This document shows, piece by piece, positions 45,030-47,123 of a DNA stretch of 47,123 nt. The DNA lies in NCBI GenBank assembly GCA_035528375.1, contig DATKYS010000030.1:1-47123 (forward strand), read 5' to 3'. Within the stretch, counting starts at the first letter, position 1. Each line of letters begins with the position of its first letter. The notes below the pieces were generated by a model. It ran no database searches. It saw only the letters and a program-made list of their open reading frames with translations, and was not told the origin of the DNA. This stretch comes from a bacterium (GTDB taxonomy: Bacteria > RBG-13-66-14). The position numbers and the translations under genes are program-made.

Positions 45030-46190
45030 TTAATTTACCGGATGTCCCCGGGCCAGGACCACCAGGCGCCCGTCCCGGCCCGCGACGTACACGGCGAGCC
45101 GGGCGCGTTCCTCGTCGGTGAGCTTCAGGTCCGCCGGGGGCGCGAAAAGGGTGGCTCCACCGCGCAGGCCCGGTTCGCGGATGAAGAGCCAATCGAGCGC
45201 GACCCGTCCCGACCCAGGCCCTTCGGGATCGAAGGGGGTGCCCGCGAGGTCCAGGGCCGCCAGCCGGTTCCAGCCGAGGGGGATGATCAGCTCCCGGCCG
45301 CGCAGGACCGCCCCCGGCCGGGGGATCCACCCCAGGTCCACCTCCCCCGCCGGAGTGCCGTCTTGGAAGAAAAGGAGCCTCCCCTCCACCGTCCCCACGG
45401 CCAGCCCCTCCCCGGGCAGGGCGTAGAGGGCGGAAGGCGGCGCGCCCAGCTCGTGGTACTCCACCAGCGGCGCGGCGGGGTTGTCCGGCGAAAAGCCGTA
45501 CAACCGGTTGTCCCCGCAGGCGAAATAAATCATCCCCCCCAGGACGGCCGGTGCGGCGGTCAGGCTCCCGCCGGTCCCGTAGCGCCAGAGCTCACCGCCC
45601 TCCGGGTCAATGGCGATCACGGTGTCGCCGGCGCCGTAGAGGAGCGTACCCCCGACCACCGCCGGCGGCGAGGTCGCGGGCAGCGGAAATTTCCGCGGGG
45701 CGGAATCGGCCGGGTCTGCCGGGTCGAGGGCCGCCCAGCTCTCCCGCCCCAGGCAGTAGAGGGTCGTCTCAGGTTTCTCGCCCCCGGTCGGCGCGGTCTC
45801 GGCGAGGGCGAATCGGACCGGTCCGCCGCCGGGAAGTCTTCCGGCGAAGACGACCGTCCCGTCGCCCTTAATCAGATACACGCCGCCGCCCGAGTCGCCC
45901 GCCGCCGCCAGATTGGGTCCCGCCGCCGCGAGGTCGGTGGGCTCGGCCGCCAGGGGCAGGACCCAGGCCAGGCTCCTCGCCCCACCCAGCGCCGCCAGAC
46001 GCGGCTCCGCCCCCCCGAAGGCGACGAACACGCGCCCGGGCGTGGGGCATACGATTGATAAATCCGCGCCCGGCGCCAGGGTGTGGCCCTCGTCGGGCGC
46101 CGGCAGCGGCTCCAGCTCCACCGGGACCCCCGGGAGGAGGCCGGAAAGGACGAGCGGCAGCCAGGCCAGGGTGAAAATCAAGGCCATCAT
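45030..46190 (-). CDS. PQQ-like/BamB-like beta-propeller repeat protein (secreted)
   Basis: Start at Met-Met (MMALIFTLAWLPLVLSGLLPG signal). Repeats GGVYLIKGDGTVVFA, TLLYGAGDTVIAIDPEGGELWRY and GGMIYFACGDNRLYGF are typical PQQ-propeller blades. The upstream 74 codons of the track ORF are rejected. ATG overlaps the stop of 46187..46912. Confidence 0.7.
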   Translation of the reverse strand: MMALIFTLAWLPLVLSGLLPGVPVELEPLPAPDEGHTLAPGADLSIVCPTPGRVFVAFGGAEPRLAALGGARSLAWVLPLAAEPTDLAAAGPNLAAAGDSGGGVYLIKGDGTVVFAGRLPGGGPVRFALAETAPTGGEKPETTLYCLGRESWAALDPADPADSAPRKFPLPATSPPAVVGGTLLYGAGDTVIAIDPEGGELWRYGTGGSLTAAPAVLGGMIYFACGDNRLYGFSPDNPAAPLVEYHELGAPPSALYALPGEGLAVGTVEGRLLFFQDGTPAGEVDLGWIPRPGAVLRGRELIIPLGWNRLAALDLAGTPFDPEGPGSGRVALDWLFIREPGLRGGATLFAPPADLKLTDEERARLAVYVAGRDGRLVVLARGHPVN

Positions 46191-46912
46191 CGCCCCTCCG
46201 CGTCGCGGCCCCGCAGCATGTACCAAAGCTCGCGCTTCGGGACCAGCTCCTCCCCGGTGAGCCTCTCCACCACCGCTTCCCGGGAGTGCGGGCGTCCCAG
46301 CCGGTCGCGCCAGACCAGGCGCGGGAGCACCGGCCCGAGCTCCTCGGAGCACAGCCCGCAGACCGAAAAGGAGTCGTCGAAGGGGCCCGAGGAGCGGCAG
46401 GGGTCGCACCACTCCCAGGAATAAATTTCGAGGCTGCCCGGGTCGTATCGGGCGTCGAAGCCCACCCAGCCCGCGTGAACCCCGGGAATGACCCGGAGGC
46501 CGGGGAGCTCCCGGGCGAGGGCCTCCCGCCGGTCGGCTAGACCGGGATCGGTCACGACCAGGACCGCCGGTCCGTCGCCCAGGGCTTTTACCCGCTCCAC
46601 GAGGGCGCCCGGCTCCACCTCACCAAAGGCGACGTCCGGGGCGTGGGGCGGGGGGAGGCGGTTGGGCAGGCCCCGCCGGATTTCAGCCCGATAGACCTGC
46701 CGCAGCACCGTTTCGCTCTCCTCGATCCCGCCCGCCGCGACGTAGAACGGGGGGCGGAAGAGCGGGTCCGGGGGCAGGTCGGGGCGCAGGAAGAAGGCGA
46801 CGATTCCGGGGGTGCCGGACGGGGCGATGCAGAGTGTCAGCCCCCCGTCGTCGGCCGCCGCGGGCCCGAGGGCGGGGAACAGGAAGACGAGGGGGAGGAT
46901 TTTTTTGAGCAT
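46187..46912 (-). CDS. Secreted hypothetical protein with two CxxC motifs
   Basis: Signal MLKKILPLVFLFPALGPAAA. CDPC and CGLC motifs near the C-terminus. Coupled to the downstream propeller gene. Confidence 0.5.
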   Translation of the reverse strand: MLKKILPLVFLFPALGPAAADDGGLTLCIAPSGTPGIVAFFLRPDLPPDPLFRPPFYVAAGGIEESETVLRQVYRAEIRRGLPNRLPPPHAPDVAFGEVEPGALVERVKALGDGPAVLVVTDPGLADRREALARELPGLRVIPGVHAGWVGFDARYDPGSLEIYSWEWCDPCRSSGPFDDSFSVCGLCSEELGPVLPRLVWRDRLGRPHSREAVVERLTGEELVPKRELWYMLRGRDAEGR

Positions 46913-47059
46913 GGCGGACCCCGCGGCGTTTGCGGTTCCATATTAAACCAAACTCGGTCGCCGAGGCCACCGGGTCGGGAAAAAACGACGGGCGACCGTG
47001 GACGGTCGCCCCTGCGGAAGGGATTTACGATTTATAGACGTATGGCCGGGTATCCGCAC

Positions 47060-47123
47060 CCGCACGCCCCTCTCCCTAGCCCTCTCCCCAATGGGGAGAG
47101 GGGGCCGCGACACCCCCCCCCCC
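47060..47123. repeat. Reversed ctctccc-family units at the window edge
   Basis: cccctctccctagccctctccccaatggggagaggggg. Confidence 0.55.

Noticed and set aside
44853-46058. 401-aa plus-strand ORF overlapping the PQQ-propeller gene
   Set aside because: It starts inside the repeat cluster and is Arg/Pro/Gly-rich. The minus-strand frame shows PQQ blade repeats and a signal peptide.

Overview
This is a 47-kb stretch of a high-GC (about 65%) bacterial chromosome, most likely from an uncultured or metagenome-assembled lineage with a type IX secretion system (two secreted repeat proteins carry a T9SS C-terminal sorting domain). It carries ordinary housekeeping genes: hypC-hypD, ogt, cca, an RlmD/RumA-type rRNA methyltransferase, tsaC, rpiB, cutA, glyA, queD-queC, an aldehyde dehydrogenase, a nitroreductase and a DnaQ-like exonuclease. 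Four low-GC islands (about 33-45% GC) look horizontally acquired. One holds an AIPR abortive-infection protein between cutA and glyA. One holds a solitary RNase H-like putative nuclease next to a duplication scar. One holds a solitary small multi-pass membrane protein. One holds a CsgG-like/PEGA membrane-anchored protein flanked by hairpin repeats. Intergenic regions are full of GC-rich palindromic repeat families: a 'GATGnCGTAGGG-hairpin' element and tandem 'ccctcaccc...ctctccc-taaaa-gggagagggga' units. Many of these double as rho-independent terminators. The most unusual locus is a tightly coupled operon at 38537-44784: a 635-aa protein with two ATP-cone domains and a novel C-terminal region, then queD, queC and a 1086-aa membrane-anchored coiled-coil protein. 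It is driven by a consensus sigma70 promoter with an embedded operator-like palindrome and lacks queE/folE. Many long antisense or alternate-frame ORFs in the six-frame track are artefacts of high GC and were rejected. No rRNA, tRNA, CRISPR array or transposase was found.
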